A stretch of 64,000 bases of DNA from Cladosporium halotolerans (GCF_011745625.1 NW_027191478.1:62001-126000); one strand, 5' to 3'; counted from the first letter of the stretch, positions 1 through 13,431 are shown. The notes: a model not told the origin generated them from the letters alone. Translations and numbers: made by a program.

Positions 1-819
1 GGGTAGCAGGAGCTTTGCCTTTGCCATCTATCTCAGACAGTGGTGGTTGATATGTCGGAAGGCAGTTGTCGATCCTGAAGACCCGGCAGCCTTCCGATAA
101 GGCAGCGATGAAGCGATTTCTTGTAGCCGAGAAAGAGACGCCTAGGACAACAGCATCATCTGAGCTTTGGATAGGCTGGCGAGTGTTCATTGCGCGATGG
201 CGAAGCCGAACTGCTCAACTATTCGGGACTAGATGTTCGACGACGGTATGGTAGCGTGACTGGCTACTTCGCTAGCTACTCAGATTGTAGTTCGAAGACG
301 GCGATCAAGGTGATAGCATTGTGGCAGTAGAAGTTTGCATGCGAGTCGGCAAGCACAAAGTCGATGGGAACGATAAAGGACGACTTCGCGAAGCAAGCAA
401 TACCGTCAAGTCATCAAGTGCCTCAAGGGTGAGGTATGTATGCACTGAGCACAGTGAATCGTCACATCACATGGAGCAATAGAGTGTAGGGTCACCAGCC
501 TATCGGGCCCAGCCGAGCCCACCGCTAGCTCCGGGGCAAAGCTACGGCGGCCGAGCGAGCCCCTTTGCGTTGCGCTTGCCCTGGGCCTGTCCCTGAGCGC
601 GCGCTGCTCGCCCTTGCCAGCTTGCACAGGCATTCATTCCCACTGCTGGCCGTCTGCATCCCCACGACACCTCACTCACCCACCCGCTCACATCCATCCA
701 TCCCACCCGACCTCTCGTCACTCGCTTTACTGCCGCGCCGGACGAGCACACTGCCACCACCCAGCGGAAAAGAACGCCCCAACACCCCACCGCCAGTCCA
801 ACAACACCCACTCCACAAA

Positions 820-2063
820 ATGTCGGCCGCCGGCAGCGCGCTCAAGCTCCGCCGCAAGAAGAATGTGAAGAAGGGAATCCAGTTCTGCCTCATGGTCTGT
901 GGTGCCTCCGGTACTGGCAGGACGACCTTCGTCAACACCCTCTGCGGCAAGCCCGTCCTGGAGGGCCGCGACAACGATGATCCCACCACCGCCCACATCG
1001 AGGAGGGCGTCCGCATCAAGCCCGTCACCGTCGAGCTCGAGCTTGACGAGGAAGGAACTCGCGTCAGCCTGACCATTGTCGACACCCCTGGCTTTGGCGA
1101 CGCCATTGACAACGAGGCTGCCTTCGGCGAGATCAGCTCCTACCTTGAACGCCAGTACGATGACATTCTCGCCGAGGAGAGCAGGATCAAGCGTAACCCG
1201 CGCTTCCGCGACAACCGCGTGCACGTGCTGCTGTACTTTGTCCAGCCGACTGGTAAGACTGCCCGAATACACAGATTGGCACGCGAGAGCCTTCAAGGAG
1301 CGGCCCGCCTTTTTGAACCAGCTGACACTATCTTCCTGCAGGTCACGGTCTCCGTGAGCTCGACATTGAGCTCATGCGCCGCCTCTCTCCCCGTGTCAAC
1401 GTCATTCCCGTCATTGGCAAGGCGGACTCATTGACCCCGCTCGAGCTGGCCGAGAGCAAGAAGCTGATCATGGAGGACATTGAGCACTACCGCATTCCCG
1501 TGTACAACTTCCCCTACGACATCGAGGAGGATGATGAGGACACTGTTGAGGAGAACGCCGAGCTGCGTGGTCTGATGCCTTTCGCTATCGTCGGCAGCGA
1601 AGACACCGTCGAGCTCGAGGGCCGCACAGTCCGCGCTCGTCAGTACCCGTGGGGTCTCGTCGAGGTTGACAACCCCCGCCACTCCGACTTTCTCGCCATC
1701 CGCTCCGCCCTCCTTCACTCTCACCTTGCCGACTTGAAGGAAATCACTCACGATTTCTTGTACGAAAACTACCGTACCGAGAAGCTTAGTAAGAGCGTGA
1801 ACGACACCACCTCTGGCGGCGACAACCAGGAGTCTCTCGACCCGCAGTCTCTCGCCTCGCAATCCGTCCGTCTGAAGGAGGAGCAGCTGCGCCGTGAGGA
1901 GGAGAAGCTGCGCGAGATCGAGATCAAGGTGCAGCGTGAGATCGAGCAGAAGCGCCAGGAGCTTCTGGCACGCGAGAGCCAGCTCAAGGAGCTCGAGAGC
2001 AGGATGACCCGCGAGCCGTCCACGATGCTGGAGGACGAGCACGAGACTCAGGCAGGCGCTTAA
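820..2063 (+). CDS. CDC11: Septin, Cdc11/AspA class; 2 exons (820-1252, 1342-2063)
   Basis: N-terminus RRKKNVKKGIQFCLMVCGASGTGRTTFVN (polybasic region plus P-loop), DTPGFGD, GKADS, septin-unique element RQYPWG and a C-terminal coiled coil. The GTAAGA..GCTGAC..CAG intron 1253-1341 restores QPTGHGLRELD. Confidence 0.95.
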
Positions 2064-2585
2064 GTGGTTTCGCAGCAAAGCTGTTGAGCCTGCCCTCCTT
2101 GCATCTTATTGCTTTGTCGTAGCGGCTTGGCTAACCTGCAATTTTGCACAGACGAGCAAAAGCAGCGTGTCAAAGGCTACGAGCAATGCGTCCAGCAGCA
2201 AGACGACGACCGATATCGCAAGCAGCGTCGAAGTCTTCAACCTGGAGGAAGTGAGGCAGGGTAGGATCGTTTCGGGCCACGTTGTTGTCCCCACCTGATC
2301 TATACCTAGCACACACCGTCCGCTTGGCTTCACTTCTCATTCTCCTTTGTTGCTCTTTTGGTATCTTTGGTTCTCGGGCGAGCGTGATGCGAGAAAACTC
2401 GAAGGGAGTGGATTGGAGCGTTCATACCCAGATCTTGTTGTGTAATGCATGTAACTTACAATCAGTGAATTGACAAGGAAAATATAATATCTCAAATCTT
2501 CTTCTGTACGGTTCTCGATTGTGTTTGTCCAAGATCTACACTTTATCATGCCAGCACTAAGAGCAGATACCGGGACTCCCATCTC

Positions 2586-3529
2586 TTAAAGCTTCGCCTT
2601 CACCTGCCCGTAACCTCCAGCAAAGCCTCCACCCCCAATCGCCTCGACAACCTCGTCCACAGTCTTCAGCAACCACTCGCTCCCCTCATTACTCGCCAAC
2701 CATTCCCCGCCCTGCACAGCCTCCGCACCCTCCTCACCACCCTCAACCGCCTTCCTCAGCCCAAAAACGTGGCTCAGCACCTGCGGTCCCACGCCCGTCT
2801 GAGCCCTCAAACACGCTACTGCCACCACACTCGTCAACACGCGCCCCACATCCGCCCCCTGCGGCGCCCTCTGCGACGGATCCGAGAACAGCGCGCCGTA
2901 CTCCGCCTCAACAATGTGCACGGGCAAATCCGGATGGCTCGCCGCAAGCTTGTTGACCAGCTTGCCGCTGAACGGCGCGTAAATGGAGTCCCACAGCGCG
3001 CGGCCGCGGCCGAGCACGGAGCCGATGTTCGACTGCGAGAGCTCGCGGCGGGGCGGGCGCTGGGCGAGGGCGGACTGGATGTGCGAGGGCAGGCCATCGC
3101 GGAAGGCGCCGAGGCAGTTGATGGTGCGCGGGACGCCGTTGAAGCCGATGCACTTGAGGCCGACTTCGCGCATGAGCTCGGCGGCGTAGAGGGGGTGGTC
3201 TGTGGAGCTGGAGCTGGAGCTGGGGGTTTGCGAAGGGGAGGTGGCGAGGGCGTAGAGGGCTAGGAGGCTGTCGGGGGAGTTGAGGGTCATTGTTGCTGCG
3301 GTCTGGATTCGGGGTTGAGGTTAGAATTGGGGATTGGGTAATTGAAGGTGGCGGTTTGGGAGGGACTCACGGAGGCGCAGAGCCATGCTGGGAGTCCGAC
3401 TTGCTTGGCTTTCGCATCGGCGGCGATTTTCTCGTAGACGGAGGAGATGTTTTTGGGCGCCGGCGTGGTGTGAGGTCTGACATGGGCGGCGTTGATGAGA
3501 GTCTTGAGCGACTCGGAGAGTTTCGACAT
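2586..3529 (-). CDS. AhpD/carboxymuconolactone-decarboxylase-like protein (Pxp2-like) with PTS1; 2 exons (3529-3371, 3302-2586)
   Basis: The GTGAGT..CAG intron 3370-3303 joins ...WLCAS to TAATMTLNSP. Motifs REVGLKCIGFNGVPRTIN and LRAQTGVGPQVLSHVFGL are present. The protein ends in -AKL. Confidence 0.85.
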
Positions 3530-4155
3530 GATTGCGATTGAGGTGGCAGAGTCGGGAACCGCGAGGAGGTATAGATATGTTGCCCTGTGAGCTCTGAAAC
3601 ACAACGCTCAAATGGTATAATAAATTGAAGATTGAACAGTCCGTATATATTTTTGCCTCCAAATCTCGAGGACAATGATGCGAAGCTCAGTCGTCAACAA
3701 GCAGATCGGCCGAGGCTTGACGTGACGACAGGGTTCCCGGACATAGACGGCGGAAGCGGAAGCCGGCAGCTTCGGACTCTCTATCATCCGTCTCGTGATA
3801 TGCGCCAGCATGCAAACTCACGGCGTGTGGCCTTTTGGTGAGCGCTTATAGCGGTTGCGACGGAATGATTGGGATCACGTGTAGAGCGAGTCATTGCCCA
3901 GGTCGTGGGAATTTTGTCGGAAAGGTAGTTCATTGTCCAGTGCAATCACGGCCCATCTTAGAGCTCATTCGAGAACTGAAGCAGTAATACATTCAGATAA
4001 TTGCATAGTATTCACATTTGATCTTAGTTCTGCTTGCACGCCAACGCGGTCATGCCATGTACTTTGTCAAATGATCTAGATGAGACAAAAAATATGCGTG
4101 CAATCACTGCACCACTCGTATGTACATCTCAATAGCCAGAAAATAGCCAACAGGT

Positions 4156-5841
4156 TTACTCCATGGCCTCGAGCTTCTCCGCAACGTGGAACTTAGCGTC
4201 GGTCTTCTCCTTGATCTCGTCAACAGTGACACCAGGAGCAAGCTCAGTGAGAGTGAGCTCGCCCTTGGTGCGGTCAACCTGGAACACACAGAGATCGGTG
4301 ATGATGGTGCTGACAACACGAGCGCCAGTCAGAGGCAGGGTGCAATTTTGCACAATCTTGCTGACGCCGTACTTGTCAACGTGGTCGGTGGTGACGACGA
4401 TCTTGGTCGCGTCGGGGTTGGAGACGAGGTCCATGGCGCCACCCATACCCTTGAAGACCTATGAAGGATGTTAGTGAGGAGATCTTGAAGCTTTGAATCT
4501 ACAGGCTGAACGTACCTTTCCGGGAATCATGTAGTTAGCGAGGTCACCGTTCGCGCCAACCTGCAGCGCACCAAGGATAGAGACATCAACGTGACCACCG
4601 CGAATCATGCCGAAGCTCTCAGCGCTGTCGAAAACGGCGGCACCCTTCACGAGCGTGACGGTCTCCTTGCCAGCGTTGATGATGTCGGCATCGAGCTCTT
4701 GCTCGGTGGGGTACGCACCCATACCAAGGATACCGTTCTCGCTCTGGATCCAGACCTTACGGCCGGCCGGGAGGAAAGAGGGCGCCAGAGTAGGCATGCC
4801 GACGCCCAGGTTGACGTAGAAGCCTTCGTGGAGCTCCTTAGAGGCGCGCTTAGCAATACGGTCACGACGAGCTGCGGCGTCAGACTTGCTGCTTGCAGAC
4901 TCGGAGCTGGCTTCCTGGCGGAGGTTCTTGCTCTCGAGGATCTTGTCCTTGGTGGCCTTGACAATGCGGTCGACGTAGATGCCAGGGAGGTGAATGTCAT
5001 CGGGTGCGATAGTGCCAGTTGGAACGATGTTCTCGGCTTCAACGATGGTGACCTTAGCGGCCTTGGCCATCATGGGAGCAAAGTTCTTGGTCGTGTAGCG
5101 GAAACGGACGTTGCCATCCTCGTCGACGGTGTGGGCACGGAGGATTGCCACATCGCCCTTGATAGCGTATTCCATGTTGTAAACGCGGCCATCGAAGATG
5201 CGAGTCTCCCTGGGCTTGGCTGGCTCAACAACAACGCCATTGTCGAGTCGCACAGGGATCTGACCGCTCTGGATGAAAGTGTTGACACCAGTAGGAGTGT
5301 AGAAAGCCGGGATACCAGCACCACCACAGCGGAGCTTCTCAGCAATAGTGCCTTGAGGTGTCAATTCGATAGCGATTTTTCCAGTGAGATATTTCTTTTC
5401 GAGAGCCTTGTTGTTGCCGAGAAAACTGCAAATCGCGCGGTTGATCTGGCCAGCCTCGATCAACGGCGACAAGCCGCCACCAATGGCCGTGCCGGCGTTG
5501 TTGGAGACTGCTGTGAGGGAGTGCAGGCTGTCGGCGCCTCTCCGTACCATAGCATCAATGACTGTCTCTGCGGTACCGCAAAGTCCAAAACCAGCAGACA
5601 AGACAGTCGAGCCAGACTTGATGTCCGCGACAGCCTCGTCGGCAGAGTTCCAAACCTTCGAACCACCACGCTGCTTCGCCGGGGCACCACCAGGGACCTC
5701 ACGGAAGAAGATCGACGTGGACTGGAAACCACGTCTTTGGCAGAACTGATCCTTCAGCCTCCATGATGTGCGAGGGGCGACGCGGACCTGGACCTGAACA
5801 CCATTGCTCAGGGCAGAGCCGAAAGAGCGTGCGAACTCCAT
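4156..5841 (-). CDS. Succinyl-CoA:3-ketoacid CoA transferase (SCOT), mitochondrial; 2 exons (5841-4516, 4458-4156)
   Basis: Motifs [31 protein letters not shown], catalytic SENG and GMGGAMDLV. Intron 4515-4459 is GTACGT..CTAAC..TAG. The N-terminus is Arg/Ser-rich and presequence-like. Confidence 0.95.
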
Positions 5842-6738
5842 TGTATGAAATGCACCGACTCTCCTCCAAGTCGATGTTGAGTTGGGGAAGATCTGGGGAA
5901 GAGAAAAAGGTATACAACCACGACGACGCCTTGCACCCTAGGGCTAGCGAGTGTCGCTGCTGATATCATTTCCGGGTCGGGATTGCGGGCGGGTACTGCA
6001 TCGGCTTCCATGTGGATCGGATGTCGCGGCAGCGCGGGGAAAGCCTGGGAGTTGGACTCGGCAATGAACCGTGGAGGCTGAGCGCCCGGACAACGGAGGT
6101 GAGATGGACTTTCGTTCATCCGCCTTTCTCCGTGCACGCACCTCCGACGTCGTCGAGGATAGCAATTGTCGGATCCAACAATGCATTGTCCAAACATCCA
6201 AATGCTTGTTCACGAAGGATGGTATATGGCTGATCTGTGAGTCGCTCAAGTAGACCAATAAATGTCCGGTGTCCATGGCTTTCACCACCTTGCAGGTAGG
6301 AGCGGTCAAGAGAGCGGAAGGTGAAACTCATCTATAAAAGCAGAAGTGGCAGCGGTATCCTGAGGAAGGGAGCTGTCTCATTGAGCGCGCCGCGTGTCGA
6401 AATCTCACACATCAGAAATCAAACCAGTCTTAGGTACCGCCAGCTGCAGGCTGCAAAACAAGGAAGCTCCACCAAGGCACCGTCCTGAAGATTCATCCTG
6501 CATCAGAAAGGCACGTGATTCAAGGCTTTCACGTGTAAGTGAAGGAAGCGCGCCGCGATGCACTTCTTGGCGCTCCGCGGCTGCCTAAGCCGCGCCTGCC
6601 GTCAATGTATGTATTCACACACGTAGCGGAGTGAACCAACTGCACAGGGATTTTTTTTTCATCACGTCGTTGAAACACTCCAAAACTTTGTCGAATAACC
6701 ACAACACCAACAACAACCACTGATCTTGGAGCGACAAT

Positions 6739-7795
6739 ATGTCGGCCACCAACTCCACTCCACTGGCTCCCGTCACAGGAAAGCGCAAGCGTACTGCCAT
6801 ACCTTCTTACACCGAGCTTGACGCCACTATCGACCGCCTGGTCGACGAGTACCTTGAAGGGAAGGATGAAACAGTGGTCGCCAGCGATTCTGGTGATGAT
6901 GAGGACGACGATCCGAGTTTTGATACCTGTCCAAAGGTAGGATAATCTACGCGAGAACTTACAGTACTCCATCATCCTAACAGCTCTACAGAAGGTCTCG
7001 AGCAAAGGACCTCCAAAGAAGATGCAGAAGAAGCTGGCAAAGCACTCACAGACCAAGCAAGTGCCTGAGGTCGAGAAGGCGCAGTCATTCCGTTTCTTCG
7101 ACTTACCGCCAGAGCTTCGTGATATGATCTACAAAATGGCTCTCGAGGATGCCAATGGAGTTTCACTTATCGCGAGAACGGACGGCTCTCGTCGCACGGC
7201 ACGTCGTGGTTCCGTCTACCCAGAAGAAGACTTCTCTCGGCAATTGTTCAAGCCCCGCCGACTCAAATGGGATACCGCGAAAGAGCTTGCGCCCGCCTCG
7301 ACTCGTTTCTTGCCGGTTTTGTTGGCTGTGAGCAAGCAGATCAACGCCGAAGCCATCAACATCCTCTATGGACAAAACTTCATCTTCGGAGACCCGGCCG
7401 CCCTTCATCACTTCCTAGCCATCATTGGCCCGCGCAATCAGCAGCGTCTCACCTCAATTCAACTCGCCTACTACGGATCAGGGACTGCTTCATCAAACGC
7501 CATGTGTTTCAGTGCTCTCACGCTTCTTTCTGGCGCCACCAAGCTCAAAAAGCTCTTCATCAACTGTGAGGTGCCTGGTTCCTTCCCTGGAAACAAAGCC
7601 AAGAGAATCTTCAGGGATGCTCACTATTTCCTCGAAATGTACGGCGTTGTCAATGGGAAGAAGGATGCTGCGGTCGATATCATCACACTGGGAGCTTCAA
7701 ACTTCAAGTACTTGCGCGACAAAAGTCTCGAGGAACAGCGTGATTCGTTTGAAGGGGAGCTCCGCAAGAAATTGGGTGTCGCTCGACCCCACTGA
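6739..7795 (+). CDS. Hypothetical protein with an F-box-like FRFFDLPPELRDMIY motif; 2 exons (6739-6936, 6992-7795)
   Basis: The GTAGGA..CTAAC..CAG intron 6937-6991 joins the two ORFs in frame. It carries the F-box-like motif plus LLAVSKQINAEAINILYGQNFIF, typical of an expanded Dothideomycete family, and an NLS-like GKRKR. Confidence 0.8.
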
Positions 7796-8038
7796 TCGCG
7801 TCAGGATTCATCAACATCCATGCAAGGCCTGAGAGGCCCACAAAGGAACCGTGTCTTTGGTGTTTGTTTTTTCTTCGGGAAACTGGAAACTGCGCAAGAT
7901 GACTTCGAGTAGGCCGCTCACTCAAGTTGTGCTCATGCGCGATGCAGACTGCTGCAATAGCTGCTTAATCGATCGATTGATCGATTCATAATTCGTGTGT
8001 AGTACTCATTCAATCATTCAGCCTCAATAATTGTGTCG

Positions 8039-8338
8039 TTAACGTCTCAGCTTTTCTTCTCTGAAGCCTTGCGAGCTCCTCACAGCTGGGATCTTCATCT
8101 GCCTCCGCTGCTGCAACTTCACAGCCTCCTGATTGCGCTTCTCCAGTTTTGCCGCGTGACTGGCCTTCAGAGCCTCCTTTTTCGCGACAGTAAGGTCCTT
8201 CGCTTTGAGCATCTTTCCCTTGACGGCTTTGACCACCTTCTTCGCGTCTTTCTTCTCGATGCTCTTAGTCCCATTCTCTCGGACTCTGCTGGAGCCTTTG
8301 TTGGCGCTACGGCGGATTTCACTCAATGGGTGAGGCAT
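8039..8338 (-). CDS. Possible small Lys-rich basic protein (99 aa)
   Basis: ATG with A at -3, and a K/A/E-rich helical composition. No family recognised. Confidence 0.35.
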   Translation of the reverse strand: MPHPLSEIRRSANKGSSRVRENGTKSIEKKDAKKVVKAVKGKMLKAKDLTVAKKEALKASHAAKLEKRNQEAVKLQQRRQMKIPAVRSSQGFREEKLRR

Positions 8339-10023
8339 GATTTCGGCAAGTTACACTCAACGCTTTTGTGTCGATGCTCATATGGGTGTTCTGACTCCTT
8401 GCCATTAAACACAGTAGTCCGTGACGCCCATCCTTTGTTCCGCCGCGAAACAAATTAGCGAGTTGCCGTTTGCGTCAGTGGCCGACATGCATTTACAGCG
8501 GAGCCCAAACAAAGAGACATTCCATACCACATGATGTTGACACTACACGGCTTTTATTTGTCGGAAGTCATGGGTAGTCTTAGATCTTCTACTGTGTGTT
8601 CAGATTTGCCTGACCATAGGCTATGCTGACCCCTGCCATGATGCTGGATTATGATCATCGTCCTCTCATGAATCCTTTGACATTTGTGCGATAGAAGAGT
8701 GCTTGAAGTCATCATTAGCATCTACGAGCGCTTCATCCGTTCCCATGTTCAGAGACCACTATCGATGGAACATAGGCGCATTCTTGGCAAGTAGTTTGTG
8801 ATAGCGCCGAGGCGAAAACGGCGGATGAACGTTTACCCAAAAACTCACAACCCCGGACCCAGCAACTTGGAACCAGAACATGGGGGGCGAGGCCTGGCGC
8901 ACCCTGTTTCTTGACCTATAAAGATTCACCACCCTTAGTCGCGCGTGTCGTTTCCAGTTACTAGTGGCGCTCAGCTGAACAGACGCAATGCAATCGGTAC
9001 CCGGGCGGCATTGCACGACTCCGCCTGCGGCCATAAGCTAGCGTGATTTGTGGTTGATCCAGTCATCCAGTGGCAGCTCGCTATGATAGATGGAACGGCC
9101 AAAAACGCCTGCGGCCAAACACTAGCGGGTGTCCAAGTCGACACAATCACACCCTGTCGTCAAAGAAATCGGTCACACAAGGCCTGCCGCCGAATACGAG
9201 CGGTTTCAGATCTCGAGCCAATGGTAAGCTGAGTCGCAAGAAGTGAGCGAGGCGTGTGTGAATGACCACCATGGCGTGAGTGACATATGCTCAGATACGA
9301 CTCATGTATGAGCTACCCTGTCGAGTAGTAGTGTCTTTGCTCGCACAAATTGAAAGCCCTTGAAATCAGCAGTGTGATTCTGAGCATGCGAGTCAAAGGA
9401 GACGCTGGCATTTAGAAGATGTATTGTGCTGTCTACCATGATACGATCTTCAAAAAATCCCCGGACCCCTGGAAATGGCCATGTAAATCACTGAGACCTT
9501 CGCCTTCGCTCGCAACGATGGACTCGAGTCCCGCAGAAACCTGGTCGGCTAGAAAGCGACCAGAAACCTGCAGACCACTTTTCCTGTTCCCATCCCAGCA
9601 CATAGTAGTGGGGTTGCAGCAGGAAATACTCATGTCATGCCGTTATTCGAGGTCGCGGCATGCTTGAGGTATCTGAGAAGTCGGTCCAGCGAGAGGCTAG
9701 CAGATACGTGATGTGCCGGATTGTGACCGCGGCCACGTCCATCGAAGCAGCGTGATCGCGTCAGCAAGTTCATGCTTCTGCGTTCCGCGCCTGAAATCGA
9801 GCCCATCCGCTTTTCTGTAGTCCAGCGGGTCCAGAGAAAGGTTGCGTTCAGATCATTCTACCCGAACCGCTACCTCGAAGCAGCCTCATCTGAGACCTGC
9901 CGCAGCAGTATCCTGAGTCGTCCACTGCCGCGCCACAGAGGCCGTGCAGGTCACAAAGGCCAGCAGACCCACGTCCGTCCCGACAATGTTCATAATCTCG
10001 CAATGCGGTTTCCGTCATTCGAC

Positions 10024-10416
10024 TCAAAGCGAAGCTGCAGCCTCGATGGCGCCGACACCCTTAAACGCAGCTGAATTGGTGATGTCCACGCTCACAGGGT
10101 ACTTCCATTCCATGAAACGGCCCCAGCCTATATTGAGTCAGCCAAACGCATCTCAAACCATGAACCAAGCCAACCTACCCCAATATGCGCATTTCCTGCC
10201 AAAGTATTTGCCGAGGTAGGGCACCAGGACCATGGTCAAGAGCAGCTCAAGCTGCTGCAAGCTCTCCCTCCATTCCCGCTCGGCATCTGAGATCTCCTCT
10301 TCTTCGCTCGGTGATATCGAGGTAGTCGAGCCGGCGGAGGATGACGGTAGTGAATCGACTTCGTCTAGTGTGCTAGCGCGAGGGATGTTGGCATATGAGG
10401 ATGATGGTTCGGACAT
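10024..10416 (-). CDS. MIM2: Mitochondrial outer-membrane import protein Mim2; 2 exons (10416-10179, 10127-10024)
   Basis: Acidic Ser-rich N-terminus followed by DAEREWRESLQQLELLLTMVLVPYLGKYFGRKCAYWG. Intron 10178-10128 (GTAGGT..CTGAC..TAG) continues into WGRFMEWKYP...AAASL*. Confidence 0.85.
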
Positions 10417-10743
10417 GGTGGAGTCGGTTGCGGATGTGACGCGCGGTACAGTGCTTGGTCGTGCGAGCCGCGGTGTTTGTGATTGCAGCAATGACTTTGC
10501 AGAGGCAACAGTGAAGGATGAAAATCGAGTTTCTGCAGGTATTAAGCGCCTCCGATCAAGTGAATGCTCGAGGTGCCATGTCTAAACACAGCACGTGGAG
10601 GCCGACACGGCTGCTCCCGATTGGCTTGTCCCCGTCGCGCGTCACCGTTTGACTCACGCCGCTTTGGAATTCGAGCACAAGAGCAGCCAGCGGGGCAATA
10701 ATCTCCCTTTCTCCTGACTTTCGATCAGCAACCACACACAAAC

Positions 10744-11770
10744 ATGGCGGACATCGATTCACGGCCGCGCAAGTCGGTCGCTTTCGCCGAGGGCGAGACC
10801 ATTGTCGACTCCAACGGCGAGATCACCGAGCAGGCCGCACCCGAAGGCGAAAAAGACACTGCCGAGTCGCACTCCAAGCCGGACGGCGCCGTTGACGAGG
10901 TCGCCGACGATTTCGATGCGCTCGCGCTGAGCTCGAAGAAAAAGAAGAAGAGCAAGAGCAAGAAGGAGGACGATGGCGAGGGCGAGGATGGCGAGGCTGC
11001 CGCTGATGACGGCGAAGTCGACCTGAGTGCGCTCAAGAAAAAGAAGAAGAAGAGTAAGAAGGCGCCCGCTGTCGACGACTTCGAGGCCAAGCTTGCGGCT
11101 GCAGGCGGCGACGAGGAGAAGGTTCTTGCAGACGACGCGGCCGAGAAGGAGAACGCAAAGGCCGAGACTGGCCTCCAGGAGGGCGACATGATCCAGGGCA
11201 CCGGTGTCTGGGTGCACGACGAGACAAAGCCGATCAACTACGAGAGCTTGCTCAGCCGCTTCTTCCTCATGCTTGCGGACAGCCACCCCGACCTTGGTGG
11301 CGGTGGAATGAAGAGCTACAAGATCCCTCCTCCGCAGTGTCTGCGTGAAGGTAACAAGAAGACCATCTTCGCCAACATTGCCGAGATTTGCAAGCGTATG
11401 AAGCGTACCGACGAGCACGTCACTCAGTTCCTGTTCGCCGAATTGGGCACTTCTGGCTCCGTCGACGGAAGCAGACGTCTGGTCATCAAGGGTCGTTTCC
11501 AGCAGAAGCAGATCGAGAACGTGCTGCGCAGATATATCGGTAAGATCAAAATGCTTAACAATTTCTAGGAATGCTATGCAGTTACTGACACCTTTGACAG
11601 TCGAATACGTTACCTGCAAGACTTGCCGCAGCCCCGACACTGAGCTCAACAAGGGTGAGAACAGACTGTACTTCGTTACCTGCAACAGCTGCGGTTCTAG
11701 ACGTTCCGTCACCGCCATCAAGACCGGTTTCTCTGCCCAGGTCGGCAAGAGAAAGAGAATGGTCAAGTAG
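10744..11770 (+). CDS. SUI3: Translation initiation factor eIF2 beta; 2 exons (10744-11539, 11601-11770)
   Basis: Lys boxes, [29 protein letters not shown] and a C4 zinc ribbon CKTC..CNSC. Intron 11540-11600 is GTAAGA..CTGAC..CAG. Confidence 0.97.
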
Positions 11771-12994
11771 ATTATTCGCCAATCCACAACCACTCCGCAA
11801 TGGCCCTCGACCGGCCAGAATGCGGGACTTTCAAGCGAGATTTTCAAGGTCCTTCTCGCATCGAAAGCGTGCTTTCGACAGAGATCTTGCGTTCATTCTG
11901 CTTCGTCTGGGCACCTGCGTTAATTCCTTTGCCATCACTGGTGGCAGACACGACTTTTTCCGACAAGATCGAGGGTACAACGTGGTCGGCCAACCCTCTG
12001 CGACACACAAAACTGCATTTCTGGAACATGGCGTTTACGGTTCTATGGGGGTGGCGGAGACGCCTCCCGCTGTGTTGATATCTCAGATAGCAGTGCATAC
12101 GCCGTGCAACGAACAAAAATTTCCTACAATTAGTTTCCATTCTTCGCAGCGCCCCTCTCGATGTCATCTTGAACATCCATCTTCTTCGATGTACTTCAGC
12201 ACTAACCTTCAGACCCTGCATCACTTTTTCGAAGCAGCATTGACGAGTCGGATCGTCAAACCCAAAGATGCAACCTCAGGATGCAGCGAGTGTTCAACTT
12301 TCAAGTGCTCAAGGAACAGAGGAGCTCATCAAGTGGAACCACTCCAGCATTTCATTGGCGACCACGTATGATGCAAGGATGCTGGTGTTCAGCAATACGA
12401 AGCACGCATCCATTATTTCATCCAGCGGATGAGCCGGTGCTTTCCCCGATAATGCTGTGCCGCGGTATTTGGGAGAGCTGAACAACATCCTGGGATCCTT
12501 TGTTGATCCACGGCAGAAATCGTCCCGGCGACCAAGACCTATCTGGGGGCTTGACGGGCGCGAAGAAATGCTTCTTGATATGCCTGATTGCATACAGCCT
12601 GACAGCCCTTCCGCTATCATCATTAGCAATTCAACATTGGAGCGTGTCGGGATTGACGCACCAAACTCAGCGTGTGAGGCAGCCGGCTAGTTAATTCGAC
12701 CATATCGTTCGGCAACTTTCAAGCACGAAAGATCCTTTGAAGGATTCGATGTCAAAGGCGTCCGAGGTGTCACAGCACTTGCTCTTCAGCCTCCGGCGTT
12801 CAGCTCGCTTTTCAGTGAAAGAAAACACCGTGCAGCACAATCCTTCAGCCAGAGTTGCCATATCGTCTATGAAGGACATAAAGCGTATAAGGATACCGGC
12901 TCGACCATCTGCCCTCAAAACGACCGACCTCAACACACCCAATCTTTTCAAACCAGTCCAAGAGATTATCCTACTTCAGCAGACCGTCAACAAA

Positions 12995-13431
12995 ATGAAG
13001 CCCACTTCTCTCCTCACCACCCTCGCAGGCCTGCTCGCCTTCAGAATCCAGGGGGCCACCGCCAACTGCTACACAAACGGCGACTCCTGGCCAAACCGTG
13101 AAGAAGCGCGCAGCTTCGTGCACGACGCCTGCTACAATGACGGCGGCATGTTCACGGGCTACTACGCGCCGCGACAGATGAAATCCATGTGCCCTCAGTC
13201 GGGCGGGATTGGGCTTGTCTTCGACGTCCAGAACCAGGACACCGAGGTTGGCTTCGACCTTGGTGACGACGATTGCTACTACAGGCTCTCGAACGAGATT
13301 TTCGGGTGTGAGCATGGTGGCGCTTCGGTTGTTGCTGGCTGGTACTTTAGGTAAGTCAACGACTTCTGAAGATTGAGAATGGTGAGGATTTGCTCATGTA
13401 TCTGTGCAGAGCCAGACCGGGTGCTTGCTAA
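12995..13431 (+). CDS. Small secreted 6-Cys protein (candidate effector; Y3 glycan-binding-like cysteine pattern); 2 exons (12995-13350, 13410-13431)
   Basis: Signal peptide MKPTSLLTTLAGLLAFRIQGATA. The GTAAGT..CAG intron 13351-13409 adds RARPGAC*, which supplies the sixth Cys. Pattern DC..L.NEI.GC..GG....GW.FR....C. Confidence 0.8.

Noticed and set aside
565..819. 85-codon in-frame extension upstream of the septin ATG
   Set aside because: It has no ATG, a C-rich leader is naturally stop-poor, and ATG 820 has good context and matches the family N-terminus.
12200..12690. Protein-like fragments downstream of SUI3
   Set aside because: The frames are interrupted and no family is recognised.
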